From positions 41,430 to 105,429 of IMG/VR virus record IMGVR_UViG_3300014257_000015: a DNA stretch of 64,000 bases; one strand, written 5' to 3'. Positions within the stretch are counted from its first letter, which is position 1, and each line of letters begins with the position of its first letter. Source of the DNA: a virus. Positions 17,585 through 27,507 of the stretch are shown here, in pieces. The notes under the pieces are model-generated. The model was not told where the DNA came from and made no database searches. It saw only the letters and a program-made list of their open reading frames with translations. A program made the position numbers and the translations under genes.

Positions 17585-19463
17585 GGTGGGTGGAAAGGAT
17601 TTTGGGCCATTCAGCGAATTCTCTCTTCAATTGCACAACCAGGGGTTGGTTTGGATTGGAGGGGTGAACAATGACTCCAAGGCTGCTAAATCAAACGGCT
17701 CGGGGAAATCACACATATTCAAAGCAATCACGTGGTGTTTGTGGGGAGAAGCGATTGACAAAGAAGTAGGCGACAAGGTCATTCGCAATGGGACCAAAGA
17801 GGCGACAGTGTATGTCAAGTTGGGTGGCGGGTGGAAGGTGTGTCGTGTGCGGCGAAAAGGTTCGCCACGCCTTTCACTCATCACACCAGAAGGGGAATCT
17901 TGGAAGGCCATAGGCAAGGATGTACAAGAGAAGATCAATGAATTGGTTGGTTTAGATTTCAAGGCTTTCAAAAATACAGTCCTGTATGGTCAAAACGATT
18001 CTCTTCGTTTTGCCAATCCTTCGACACGCGACGGCGATCGCAAGGACATGCTCCATAAGATTTTGCGCACCGAGTTGTTGAAGCATTGTCACAATTGGGT
18101 TAAGGAACAATCCAAACAATTGAATGCCAAACTATCGGATGTACAATCACAATCATCGTCCGTGAAGGCGCGCCTTGAAGAGCAGGACGTTTCAGGGCTC
18201 CAGGAAGAGCACGACGAATGGGAAGAGGAACGGCAAGAAGCAATTGAAGAGCACAAAGAGTCAGCGAGACTCAAAAAGTCATTGGCTGAAGCTGAGCTGA
18301 AAAAAACGGTTGATGTCTCGAAGTTGAAATTGGAAATCAAAAAGCTTAATGCCGTCGTTGAAGAAGGTGTAGTTGCTGAAAGGGACATTGCTGCGCTGGA
18401 CAAAAAATTGGATGTTCTTAGATTCACTAGGGAAAATTGTTCCAACGAGTTGGCTAGGATGGAGACAAAGATCGAAGGAACGATTGAAAGGTTGGAACAG
18501 ATGGATGAGGATGAGTGTCCCATCTGTAGGTCTCCAATGGGCAAAGGCGTAGCTCTTCGCACAAAAAAGAACCTGGAAAAAATCAAATCCATAATCGAGA
18601 GCGAAGCAGAGGAGAAAAAGGCCAACATCGTAGGGTTGGCTGAAGACATAAGTCGTGTTGCCGAAGAGAGGAAAGCGAAGTCCAAAATTGTTTCAGCTGC
18701 CACGGATGCCTCAGGGGAGATATCTGACTTGAACGCAAAGATAATGGCAGCGACAGCAGTCAACGATCGTGTCGATGCGTACATCGCCGCCGCTCGCGAA
18801 TCTCTCAAACAAGCGAAGGCGAAAGCAGCAGAAAAAAACCCGTACGCTGCGCGCCTAGCCACAGCAGAATCCAAGGCAAAAGCATTCCAACAACGCCTAC
18901 ATGAGCTTCAGGAAAAAGAGTCAGAAATCAGCAATGAGCTCGCACACGTGAAGTTCTGGGTGAAGGGGTTTAGCGGCGCTGGGTTGCCGTCGTTCATCCT
19001 CGACAGCGTGATGCCGTACATCACCGAGCGCGCCAATCACTATCTGGGCACATTGGCGGACGGCGACATCAAACTGAATTTTGATACGCAACGTGAATTG
19101 AAGAGCAGCCGGGGCGAATACAAAGACGAGATTGAGATCAGTTGGGAAATTGAGGGGGCAAGCGACACATACCCGGCCAGCGGTGGTCAACTGAAGAAAA
19201 TCGAAATTGCCACAGATTTGGCGCTGATGGATTTGGTGGCAACTCGGGAAGGCGGCCATGTTGATCTACTGATGCTCGATGAAGTTCTGGATGGTTTGGA
19301 TGAAGAAGGCCGACAGCGTGTGCTCATGCTCCTTCAAGAATTGAGAGCCAAAAGAGGTTCGATATTTGTAATCAGCCATGAAGTTGACATGGCCGAGATA
19401 TTCGAGAAGTCTGTGATGGTGAAGAAAGATGGTGGGGCGGCCATATTGGAGTTGGCAGCATGA
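17571..19463 (+). CDS. SbcC/Rad50-like ATPase
   Basis: NGSGKS Walker A, coiled coil with CPIC zinc hook, SGGQ signature, LMLDE, ISH. Confidence 0.92.
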   Translation: MELLEVGGKDFGPFSEFSLQLHNQGLVWIGGVNNDSKAAKSNGSGKSHIFKAITWCLWGEAIDKEVGDKVIRNGTKEATVYVKLGGGWKVCRVRRKGSPRLSLITPEGESWKAIGKDVQEKINELVGLDFKAFKNTVLYGQNDSLRFANPSTRDGDRKDMLHKILRTELLKHCHNWVKEQSKQLNAKLSDVQSQSSSVKARLEEQDVSGLQEEHDEWEEERQEAIEEHKESARLKKSLAEAELKKTVDVSKLKLEIKKLNAVVEEGVVAERDIAALDKKLDVLRFTRENCSNELARMETKIEGTIERLEQMDEDECPICRSPMGKGVALRTKKNLEKIKSIIESEAEEKKANIVGLAEDISRVAEERKAKSKIVSAATDASGEISDLNAKIMAATAVNDRVDAYIAAARESLKQAKAKAAEKNPYAARLATAESKAKAFQQRLHELQEKESEISNELAHVKFWVKGFSGAGLPSFILDSVMPYITERANHYLGTLADGDIKLNFDTQRELKSSRGEYKDEIEISWEIEGASDTYPASGGQLKKIEIATDLALMDLVATREGGHVDLLMLDEVLDGLDEEGRQRVLMLLQELRAKRGSIFVISHEVDMAEIFEKSVMVKKDGGAAILELAA

Positions 19464-19633
19464 ATTGTCCCAATTGTGGAGCTACAATGGTGGCCATCAG
19501 ATCGACAAAAGTTGAAGCGGACGTCATCGATTCAACTTCCACAGAGACCACCGACGTTTTGTTACCAATTTCGAAGAGCGAAGAAGTAAATGGTCTGACG
19601 TGTGAAAACTGTGGCTATCTGGAGGAATGGTGA
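19460..19633 (+). CDS. Small zinc-ribbon protein (57 aa, below the ORF-track cut-off)
   Basis: MNCPNCG...CENCGY; ATG overlaps the SbcC stop. Confidence 0.55.
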   Translation: MNCPNCGATMVAIRSTKVEADVIDSTSTETTDVLLPISKSEEVNGLTCENCGYLEEW

Positions 19634-20193
19634 TGGTTTCCACGAAGCTGAAGGGAAAGAACGTGTGGCTCCACGTCGAATTGGACGATGAGGAAAGAGC
19701 TGCTATGGTGTCTATCCAACGCAAAATGCGTCCATTGATGGATATCGGCGTCATATGCCCTTGTTGTCGACGCAAGTGCAAGGTGTACAAGCAGCGGATA
19801 TCGTCAACGATGGCAGCAACGTTGTATTGGATGCATAGAAGGTCAAAGAAAAACGGCGGCAAATACATTCGAATGTCTAGGGTTGCTCCAAAATGGGCAG
19901 TGGCAGCACCTGAGCGTGCGCGTCTTGCTAAGTGGGGGTTGATAAAAGCGAAGCCGCTGGGCGGGGAAAAGGGAAGACTGAAGAACAGCGGAAAGTGGAA
20001 GATAACGCAAAAGGGGATCGATTTTTGTAAGGGCAAAATAGCAGTCGAGAAATACGTTTGGCTTTTGAATAACGTTGTGATTGAAAGATCAGAAGAAACA
20101 ACAGATCTACAAAGTTGTCTTTCGAACAAATTCGATTACTCTGCGTTGATGCGTGGCGAATATGACGATCTAGAGTCGATACCAAGGAGATGA
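19627..20193 (+). CDS. Hypothetical protein (CPCC, winged-helix-like)
   Basis: GGAGG RBS; CPCC and W.ITQKG motif. Confidence 0.55.
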   Translation: MVMVSTKLKGKNVWLHVELDDEERAAMVSIQRKMRPLMDIGVICPCCRRKCKVYKQRISSTMAATLYWMHRRSKKNGGKYIRMSRVAPKWAVAAPERARLAKWGLIKAKPLGGEKGRLKNSGKWKITQKGIDFCKGKIAVEKYVWLLNNVVIERSEETTDLQSCLSNKFDYSALMRGEYDDLESIPRR

Positions 20194-20194
20194 T

Positions 20195-20896
20195 ATGGGT
20201 TTGAAAGTCATAGGCGCCGACATTTCGCTGAATCACGGCGCCCTTGTCGAGATTACGGATGGAGAGTTGTCCAATTTTTGGTATTGGACTGACGTTGCAT
20301 CATCAGCATCCAGGAGCAAGCGTGGATATAGGATGGTTGTTCTGAACACGAAAGATCGTGGGTTGAAATCAATACACCGATTGGCCAATATCGAGAGGTA
20401 TCTGTACGGCATATTGGAGGGGGCCGAGCCGGACTACATTGGCATCGAAGACTATGCCATCAGAGAAGAACAAGGAGCGCACTACCTCGGAGAAGTGGGT
20501 GGCATTTCGAGGATGTTATGTTGGAAATTGAACATTCCGCTTCGCCTTCACGACCCGACCAGTGTGAAGATGTTCGTTGCGCATGACGGAACGTGCCAAA
20601 AGGATTCAGTCGAACGTGCTGTGTTGGATAGGTGGGGTGTCGACTTTTCAAGGTTCAACCAACCAATAGCGAAACCAAACAAAAAAGTGAAACAACCGAA
20701 ACAATCCCGCCGCACCAGCGAGGATCTGTGTGATGCATTTGGAATAGCACACATGGTTTGGACTGAAGTACAGCTGCGTCGGGGAGAAATCGCCATGTCA
20801 TCGCTTCATGAAAAGGAAATCAGAGTCTTCAATAGAGTCACCAAGACTTACCCAGTTAACTTGTTGGATAGGGAATGGATCAAAAGATGCGACTGA
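20195..20896 (+). CDS. RuvC-like Holliday junction resolvase
   Basis: IGADISL, IGIEDYA, LGEVGG, PTSVKMF, EDLCDA. Confidence 0.8.
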   Translation: MGLKVIGADISLNHGALVEITDGELSNFWYWTDVASSASRSKRGYRMVVLNTKDRGLKSIHRLANIERYLYGILEGAEPDYIGIEDYAIREEQGAHYLGEVGGISRMLCWKLNIPLRLHDPTSVKMFVAHDGTCQKDSVERAVLDRWGVDFSRFNQPIAKPNKKVKQPKQSRRTSEDLCDAFGIAHMVWTEVQLRRGEIAMSSLHEKEIRVFNRVTKTYPVNLLDREWIKRCD

Positions 20897-21150
20897 TGGA
20901 AGCGATCGGGTGGATTGGGACGTTTTTGTATGCTGTGGCTGGGTGGCCGCAAGCTATCAATTCAATTCGTCGTGGGAATTCGGACGGCGTTCGCATTGGA
21001 TTTTTATCGATGGTGATCGTTGGAGGTTTCTTGCATGTTGCCTACAGTTTGCATTTAGACTCTTCACCCCTCGTGGTTTGTAACACATCAACCATTTTGG
21101 CGATGGGCGTGGTTATGAAATATCGATTGGCACCGAGGAGAATTTCATGA
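20896..21150 (+). CDS. PQ-loop/SemiSWEET-like small membrane protein
   Basis: IGWIGT....WPQ....R.G..DGV; three hydrophobic segments. Confidence 0.75.
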   Translation: MEAIGWIGTFLYAVAGWPQAINSIRRGNSDGVRIGFLSMVIVGGFLHVAYSLHLDSSPLVVCNTSTILAMGVVMKYRLAPRRIS

Positions 21151-21374
21151 GCGAAGAATGGTCAACAGACGACATCATCGGGGCGTCTGATTACGATGGT
21201 GAGACGGTCGGTGTCAGCTACGAAGGAATCGAGTATGTAACTAATCTTGCCGCTAAAATAATCATCGATGGAGAAAAGTTTTGGGTGCCGAAGTCAGTCA
21301 TTGTGGACGCGGACGACGAAACTGTGATCGTGAAATCATGGTGGGCAGAAAAAGAAGGTTTGGAAAGCTTTTGA
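21147..21374 (+). CDS. Hypothetical acidic protein
   Basis: GAGGAG RBS; FWVPKS motif. Confidence 0.55.
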   Translation: MSEEWSTDDIIGASDYDGETVGVSYEGIEYVTNLAAKIIIDGEKFWVPKSVIVDADDETVIVKSWWAEKEGLESF

Positions 21375-21609
21375 CTTGTCCGTCTTGTGGATTGGATTAC
21401 AATGATTTCAAGACTGGTTACAAGTATGCAGATGTTTGGTTGTTGCTGTGGAGCGGCAGTGAAGATCCTGCGACTTGGAAGTACAAAAGGCGCAGTACGG
21501 TGCTGGGACTTTGGCACCAATTGAAGATGGAGATGTGGAATTATCACACAGAAATGTGTTCGTTGCAGGCAGAATGTGAAAGCACGCAACAGAACGACGA
21601 GGTGCCATT

Positions 21610-22530
21610 TTGAAGGCAGACACACTTATATTCGATGGGAAACACCTGCTTTGGCGTTGTGCCGATGCATTCAATACGCTGTCGTACGAGGTTGAAGGCG
21701 AAGAAATTGGGACAGGTGCGATATACGGTTGGCTGTCGTGCGCGATGCGCGTACGGATGCGATACGGGGGCCGTGCAATCGTGGCGTGGGAAGGTTCGAA
21801 CAACTTCAGATACAAATTGTATCCCGAGTACAAAGCAAAGGATGAGCCTGACGAAGAAAAACGGCTGTTTCTCGAAGATATGAAGAAACAGGAGAAGCGT
21901 TTGAAGGCTGTTCTTCGTGCCATTGGAATGCCTCAATTTCTCGCCAACGGCGGTGAAGCGGATGACGTCATCGGGACATTAGCAGCCAGACACGAAATGG
22001 CACACCGTCGCGTTGTCATATACAGCGGTGATTCTGACTTGCGCCAACTCGTCACTAGCAAAATCTCAGTTGTTTCCCCGGGGTTCAAGGGTAAAGAAAC
22101 GATGTATGGGGATTCAGCAGCAGTCAAAGAGAAGCACGGCGTTGATCCGATGCTCATACCCGACCTGAAGGCGTTGGCTGGTGACAATTCTGACAACATT
22201 CCGGGGATGCCTGGCATAGGAGACAAACGAGCGGTCCAGGCCATACAAGAGTGTGGTGACATTGACGAGATCATCACGGCGGCAAAGAGCGGCAAACCCA
22301 TTGGCATCCCCGAACGATTCAGGGCTGTGTTGATAGACAACGAGGAATCTCTTAGGCTGTACAAGAGGCTCACAACGATCAATCTTGGCGTTGGAATGGA
22401 TGCGATTAAACCAAAACGCAGCAGAAAAAGGGTGGCGCAGTATTTCATGGCATACGGCTTTCGGTCGTTGATGGAAGCTCCTGAAATGGAAGCTGTGATG
22501 GCGCTCGGGGATGAAGACGACGAAGATTGA
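21610..22530 (+). CDS. 5'-3' exonuclease / flap endonuclease (PolI N-terminal, T4 RNase H-like)
   Basis: FDG, YPEYKA, EADDVIG, SGDSDL.Q, LAGDNSDNIPG. Confidence 0.93.
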   Translation: MKADTLIFDGKHLLWRCADAFNTLSYEVEGEEIGTGAIYGWLSCAMRVRMRYGGRAIVAWEGSNNFRYKLYPEYKAKDEPDEEKRLFLEDMKKQEKRLKAVLRAIGMPQFLANGGEADDVIGTLAARHEMAHRRVVIYSGDSDLRQLVTSKISVVSPGFKGKETMYGDSAAVKEKHGVDPMLIPDLKALAGDNSDNIPGMPGIGDKRAVQAIQECGDIDEIITAAKSGKPIGIPERFRAVLIDNEESLRLYKRLTTINLGVGMDAIKPKRSRKRVAQYFMAYGFRSLMEAPEMEAVMALGDEDDED

Positions 22531-22533
22531 TCA

Positions 22534-23130
22534 ATGTTGAATCGAAAGCTCAAGGCATTGGATAGGATTGAAGGTGTTTGGGCTGATTGCGAAGAGTGCC
22601 CGCTGTCTATGGGTCGCAACAGAATAGTGTATTGGAGGGGTTCGCCTGAGGCAAGGTTGGTGGCAATCGGCGAAGGCCCGGGGCGAGATGAAGATGAACG
22701 CGGGATTCCGTTTGTTGGCGATGCTGGAAAGACATTGGATGGGTTGCTGTCTGAGGCTGGCCTATCGGTGGTGGACGATATCTTCATCACAAACGTTGTA
22801 GGGTGTCGCCCGCCGAACAACAGACAGCCGACGTTCGATGAAATGAAATCATGCCAAGAACGTTTGGAATCTATGCTTTGGGTGGTATCGCCACGTTGTT
22901 TATTGCTCATGGGCGGAACGGCTGCCAGGTTGACTGGTGTTCAGAAGGTTGGACAATGGCGTGGAAGCGAAACGACCACCGAGATGATTCTTTTGGGGAA
23001 GAAACTTGTGAGGTACAAGACGGTGGTGACTTGGCATCCGTCGTATCTGAATCGCAAGGGTGGGGATGCGCAAATACGCGAGCAGATGATACACGACATC
23101 AAGCTCGCGTTCAATTTGGCGATGGAGTGA
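22534..23130 (+). CDS. Uracil-DNA glycosylase family 4
   Basis: C..C.L, GEGPG..ED..G.PFVG, TNVVGCRPPNNR.P, WHPS. Confidence 0.92.
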   Translation: MLNRKLKALDRIEGVWADCEECPLSMGRNRIVYWRGSPEARLVAIGEGPGRDEDERGIPFVGDAGKTLDGLLSEAGLSVVDDIFITNVVGCRPPNNRQPTFDEMKSCQERLESMLWVVSPRCLLLMGGTAARLTGVQKVGQWRGSETTTEMILLGKKLVRYKTVVTWHPSYLNRKGGDAQIREQMIHDIKLAFNLAME

Positions 23131-23616
23131 ATGATGGCTGGTGCTTTGAAGAAGTATGTGTTGGGGTTCTACTTCCGTCACCAAGGCTCTGCAAAAACAG
23201 AAGTGCTGTTGGTGTTGAAGAATAGGCCGCCTTGGCAAAACGGTAGGGTGAATGGAATTGGCGGACACATCGAGCCAGGGGAAACCCCTGAAGGCGCGAT
23301 GGAACGCGAGTTCAGAGAAGAAACCGGATTGGACTTCACCGCTATCAAGGAGTGGAGGCTGTTTGCAATTCTTCGATCGAAGGGTGATACTGAAGATGAG
23401 GATGGATTGGTGTATGCATTCAGAATAGACATCGATTACGGGCCCGCACCTGAAGGATTGGTGAATGACGTTGGGGAAAGCATTGGGTTCTATGATTTGG
23501 AGTATTTACCGCCGAACGTCTTGTCCAACATCAGGTGGCTGTTGGAGATGTCTGACATCAGATGTTCGAATGACCACCCATTCTATGTTGAAGAGAAGGC
23601 GCGAGGCGACGGATGA
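23131..23616 (+). CDS. Nudix hydrolase
   Basis: GGHIEPGET...AMEREFREETGL Nudix box. Confidence 0.92.
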   Translation: MMAGALKKYVLGFYFRHQGSAKTEVLLVLKNRPPWQNGRVNGIGGHIEPGETPEGAMEREFREETGLDFTAIKEWRLFAILRSKGDTEDEDGLVYAFRIDIDYGPAPEGLVNDVGESIGFYDLEYLPPNVLSNIRWLLEMSDIRCSNDHPFYVEEKARGDG

Positions 23617-24047
23617 ATAGGAAACAAGCCAAAAAACGACGCAAGAAGCCCGATGTGTCTGTGAAACAAGCCGCAGCAGCGGAAAGACAGCGGCTATTGT
23701 CCCAGCACCTTCCGACTACAAACGCAAAGATCATCAGAGAGTTGATGGTGGAATCGAAGGTGAAGGGGCACTGGAAGGATTTTGTTGTCATTGCCGGGAA
23801 AAGGTTGATGGATTGGCGTGGGTCATACGACATGACGGCGGAAGACGGCAAATCAATTGGTGTTGATGGAATGGTAATCATCCACAAATCCAAATTGGCC
23901 AAAGTAGTTGGAGAAGAGACGGCGTTGAATTTTTGGCGCCCTGGAATTGGGCGAATTGGGTTGAATGACGCTCGAAGTTTTGAAGTGCGTCGTGACGCAG
24001 CGCAAGACAAAGAGGCGCATTGCGTCGGGCAAGAAGATTGCCCCTGA
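23613..24047 (+). CDS. Hypothetical protein
   Basis: ORF coupled to the Nudix gene. Confidence 0.5.
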   Translation: MNRKQAKKRRKKPDVSVKQAAAAERQRLLSQHLPTTNAKIIRELMVESKVKGHWKDFVVIAGKRLMDWRGSYDMTAEDGKSIGVDGMVIIHKSKLAKVVGEETALNFWRPGIGRIGLNDARSFEVRRDAAQDKEAHCVGQEDCP

Positions 24048-24088
24048 TTCATCGATTCGACACTAGAAACGGGTGAAAGGCAGAAAAG

Positions 24089-24535
24089 ATGCGGCCATCC
24101 AAGGATGAATATTTCATGGGAATAGCCAAAGCTGTAGCGGCGAGATCAACTTGCACTCGGCGGAAGGTCGGTGCGGTTCTTGTTCGCGATGGGCTAATTG
24201 TGTCTTCAGGGTACAATGGATCCCCAGAGGGATTGGAACATTGCGTTGACGTTGGGTGCGACGTAGTGAATGGACACTGCGTAAGAACGGTTCACGCAGA
24301 AGCCAACGCGTTGATCCAGGCCGGTCAAGTTGGTGCTCGTACGAGTGGTGCGACGCTATACACTACCGCATCACCTTGTCGAGCGTGTATGTCATTGATC
24401 ATCAATGCTCGGATAGCTCGGGTGGTGTATGCTGAACCGTACCAAGATCCAACGCATGATGGAGATGAAAGCCGTTGGGCGTTGGATACAGCAGAACGCC
24501 TGGGAATCGAAATGAAATTGGTCTGTGTGGATTAA
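24089..24535 (+). CDS. dCMP deaminase
   Basis: RSTC.RRKVGA, GYNG, HAEANA, PCRAC. Confidence 0.93.
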   Translation: MRPSKDEYFMGIAKAVAARSTCTRRKVGAVLVRDGLIVSSGYNGSPEGLEHCVDVGCDVVNGHCVRTVHAEANALIQAGQVGARTSGATLYTTASPCRACMSLIINARIARVVYAEPYQDPTHDGDESRWALDTAERLGIEMKLVCVD

Positions 24536-24749
24536 AGTCTGAGAAATTGGGTGTGATCTGTGGGACTGAAGCAGACATATGGATGTAGATTTGACTGCGA
24601 GAAGCCATACATGACTGCCGCCGAGATGAGCGTGTTCAAGGACATCCGTGACAACATGTCGTTTTATCGTACGGCCATATGTGTTGTGTGCGGAGTCGAA
24701 ATCATAAAGGGCAAGCAGTTCTGTTCATTGAACTGCATGGAGAAGAAAC

Positions 24750-24986
24750 ATGGCGAAGAAGAAAATCAGCGGTAATTGGATTGATGCGTTGACCACACAA
24801 GTCGACAAATTCATCACATTGGAAACAACAGACGGCGTAGTGCGCCAGGGCCGTATGACTGGTTTTGGTACGCAGCGAATCATTCTCGATGGTTCCGTCA
24901 TCGAAGTTCTCGTTGGAATTCAATTGAATGGAGATCTTTCAGATGAGGTTCCAATCAATAGATTAGCAAAAATCACCATAGAATAA
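24750..24986 (+). CDS. Hypothetical protein
   Basis: GGAG RBS, 78 aa. Confidence 0.5.
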   Translation: MAKKKISGNWIDALTTQVDKFITLETTDGVVRQGRMTGFGTQRIILDGSVIEVLVGIQLNGDLSDEVPINRLAKITIE

Positions 24987-25026
24987 CATCTGTTACAATT
25001 GAATGGCTAGTGCCATACGATTTTGG

Positions 25027-25055
25027 TCGACTTCCAACGGCAAATAGTTTATGAT
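25027..25055 (+). promoter_or_regulatory. Sigma70-type promoter (repeat family member)
   Basis: GATTTTGG-TCGACT-17bp(TCCAA..)-TATGAT. Confidence 0.65.
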
Positions 25056-25149
25056 CAACGCAAAGGAGAACCGGCCAAAATCCAATCAGCCGAAAAACCA
25101 ATCCACCAAAATACAGAAGAGCCAATTAAAGATCCAAGGAGAACCGACA

Positions 25150-25857
25150 ATGGCAAAGAAGACCAAATTGAAGACGAAAGAAGAACCGAAGAAAGCCACC
25201 AAGGCCAAGGCCGTTGAGCATAACGCGCGCGTCGAAGGCCACGTTGATCACCCTGCCCATCCGAAATGCCCAGAGTGTGGGCGTGCCATGTTCAAATGGA
25301 TGGGTGTGAATTCAGAATACGCCAACAAAACACCCAAAAAAGAAGACCCTTGGGCATATTGTCGAAACAAGGCGTGCTCGCTATTTGGTGAAGATCAGTC
25401 AGAATCGACCCCAAAAAAGGCCAAAAAAGAAGACAAAGGCGAGGAAGTTACAAAGAAAAGCAAACCCAAAGAGAAGGGCCTGGATGAAGAGCTGGAGGGC
25501 TTTGGCGCGGATGATGAAATAGACGCCATCGACGAAGACGACGAAGACGACGAGGGCGACGAAGACGATGATGAAATAGACGCCATCGACGACAACGACG
25601 AAGACGACGAGGGCGAAGAAGTCGTGCAAGACGAAGATGGCGATGAAGAAGATGAGGTTGACGATGATGCCGCGCAAATAGCGTTGGCCAATTGTCGAAA
25701 ACGCATCGTCAAAGCCATTCGAAAAGGCGGGAATAAAGCCAAGGACGCCATCCAACTCGCGCTATCTGTCCTTCATGGTGAAACGTCCATCAAACAAGTC
25801 AACGAAATGATCGATGAATTCGACCTCGAAGATGAATACGGCTTGAAGAAAAAATGA
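25150..25857 (+). CDS. Hypothetical protein with Zn motif and long acidic tract
   Basis: GGAGAACCGAC-A-ATG; CPEC..C...C; duplicated DDEIDAID acidic repeat. Confidence 0.65.
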   Translation: MAKKTKLKTKEEPKKATKAKAVEHNARVEGHVDHPAHPKCPECGRAMFKWMGVNSEYANKTPKKEDPWAYCRNKACSLFGEDQSESTPKKAKKEDKGEEVTKKSKPKEKGLDEELEGFGADDEIDAIDEDDEDDEGDEDDDEIDAIDDNDEDDEGEEVVQDEDGDEEDEVDDDAAQIALANCRKRIVKAIRKGGNKAKDAIQLALSVLHGETSIKQVNEMIDEFDLEDEYGLKKK

Positions 25858-25942
25858 AAACGCGCGCCCTTGGCGCCTTGTTGTATCTGGCAATGCTGGC
25901 AATTTCATTCGGAATTGCTGTCTTGGTGAATCGCCACCCAAT

Positions 25943-26010
25943 CTAAAAAAGTACCTTTTCTAAAAAGTACCTTTTCTAAAAAGGTACTTCCAATCCAAAA
26001 AAAAGTACCT
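25943..26010 (+). repeat. AAAAGTACCT direct and inverted repeats upstream of a promoter
   Basis: CTAAAAA(A)GTACCTTTT twice, then inverted AAAAGGTACTT, then AAAAGTACCT. Confidence 0.75.
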
Positions 26011-26027
26011 CTGCACGTCGATTTTGT

Positions 26028-26056
26028 TTGACTTCCAATTCAATTGGAGTTACAAT
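26028..26056 (+). promoter_or_regulatory. Sigma70-type early promoter with palindromic spacer
   Basis: TTGACT-TCCAATTCAATTGGAGT(17)-TACAAT. Confidence 0.85.
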
Positions 26057-26084
26057 CTATTTATACGTTGAAGGAGAACCGGCC

Positions 26085-26255
26085 ATGACATCAACGCAAG
26101 CAAATTTCGGGTTGAACGGCGTGATCACATCCAGGCACGTAGTAACCAACATGCGCGACATCGTTTCTGGGTTTGGTTGGGGTGCTTGGTTTCGGTGTTT
26201 GAAAGTAGCTGCCACAGGGAAAAGAACAACCTTCCTAGCCACAATCTGGAAGTAG
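26085..26255 (+). CDS. Small hypothetical protein
   Basis: GGAGAACCGGCC-ATG start. Confidence 0.6.
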   Translation: MTSTQANFGLNGVITSRHVVTNMRDIVSGFGWGAWFRCLKVAATGKRTTFLATIWK

Positions 26256-26266
26256 GAGAACCGGCC

Positions 26267-26428
26267 ATGTCACAGCTAACGAAAGAATACATCGAACACC
26301 AACTTCAAGAACAGGGTTTGCGTCTCGCGACGTTGAACGACAGCGGTTGGTATCTGAAGGTGTATGACATCAACGAAGAGATTGTCACAGTTTGGGTGAC
26401 CGACATCACCAAGAACGAAAACAACTAG
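26267..26428 (+). CDS. Small hypothetical protein
   Basis: GGAGAACCGGCC-ATG start. Confidence 0.6.
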   Translation: MSQLTKEYIEHQLQEQGLRLATLNDSGWYLKVYDINEEIVTVWVTDITKNENN

Positions 26429-26437
26429 GAACCGGCC

Positions 26438-27394
26438 ATGACAACAGAAATCAAAAACACCTATCTGATGTGGATTGGAAAAGAACATTACGCCGATATC
26501 GCAGAGTGGACAGACGAAGCGATCAAACAAGGCATATCCAAGCGACTCCCAAACATGGAGATGGGTGCTGCGCTGATGGAACCTGGTGTGGTGATTTTTG
26601 TCGCGCACGACGAAGGCGAGAGCAAGCCGTGTCCGAGCTGCGCTGGAACAATACAATGTCCAGATTGCCGAAAGCGTTGGGTAGAGGGGGATCGCCTCGA
26701 AGAGCAAGGCGAGAACGTTGTCGTTGAAAATCCACAGATGGCTTCTCGCTTGTTTCAACGCAAGACGCAATTGTACAAAGATTGCGAAAATTGTTCGACT
26801 TGTGGCGGAACAGGAAAGATTGAAGATGGGACGGGCGGCAGCGTGACTTTGATGTATGACGGGATTGTCACAGAACGGTGGGATTACCGCAGGTACAACT
26901 ACTGGCTCCATCAGCCGAAGCAATGGACGCCGAAGGATGTTGTGTCGAAAGATATGTGTTCCCATTGCGGTGGCACTGGTCGACTCCCAGAGGGGAAGGT
27001 TTTTGGGTTGTTTCTTCCCGACACAATCGAGTACATCCTGCCCGAAGGGGCTGATCCAGAACTTCAACAAGCCATCGAGGAACGAAAGATCAAGACAGTG
27101 ACGATGGAAGAGGTGCGTCACGAAGAGCGGCGACGCTGCGGCATCAGAAAATCCGGGGGCGTGTACGTCGTGGCCTCGACGAAAACGAACGAACGAGATG
27201 CAAAAGAAATCGTTGTTGAGTTGGTGAAAGAGGGGAAGATCAACGCTGATGGAGTTGAAATCAACGGCGGTCTAATTCGATTCATCGAACCAATTGGTAT
27301 TGATGTAAAGCGCTTTCGTGGGTTGAAGAAATGGAATCTAGACCCGAGGGCGGAACGTGAAGCTGAAATGATCCTGGATGCCTTGGCCGGTTGA
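26438..27394 (+). CDS. Hypothetical protein with DnaJ-type CxxCxGxG zinc motifs
   Basis: CPSCAG, CPDC, CENCSTCGGTG, CSHCGGTG; GGAACCGGCC-ATG. Confidence 0.7.
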   Translation: MTTEIKNTYLMWIGKEHYADIAEWTDEAIKQGISKRLPNMEMGAALMEPGVVIFVAHDEGESKPCPSCAGTIQCPDCRKRWVEGDRLEEQGENVVVENPQMASRLFQRKTQLYKDCENCSTCGGTGKIEDGTGGSVTLMYDGIVTERWDYRRYNYWLHQPKQWTPKDVVSKDMCSHCGGTGRLPEGKVFGLFLPDTIEYILPEGADPELQQAIEERKIKTVTMEEVRHEERRRCGIRKSGGVYVVASTKTNERDAKEIVVELVKEGKINADGVEINGGLIRFIEPIGIDVKRFRGLKKWNLDPRAEREAEMILDALAG

Positions 27395-27400
27395 AAGGAG

Positions 27401-27432
27401 GTGGCGAGGCGTCTTGATTGGCGCCTCGCCAC
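27401..27432 (+). terminator. GC-rich stem-loop after a gene (putative terminator)
   Basis: GTGGCGAGGCG / CGCCTCGCCAC inverted repeat; weak U tract. Confidence 0.55.
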
Positions 27433-27457
27433 TTACACCACAGGCCAAAATTGGAAA

Positions 27458-27486
27458 CTAAACGGCGCGTGTAAACGAGCCGTATT
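27458..27486 (+). promoter_or_regulatory. Candidate ECF-type promoter
   Basis: CTAAAC-N17-CGTATT; same layout at 29375. Confidence 0.5.
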
Positions 27487-27507
27487 GGAAGAAAAGGAGA
27501 ACCGGCT

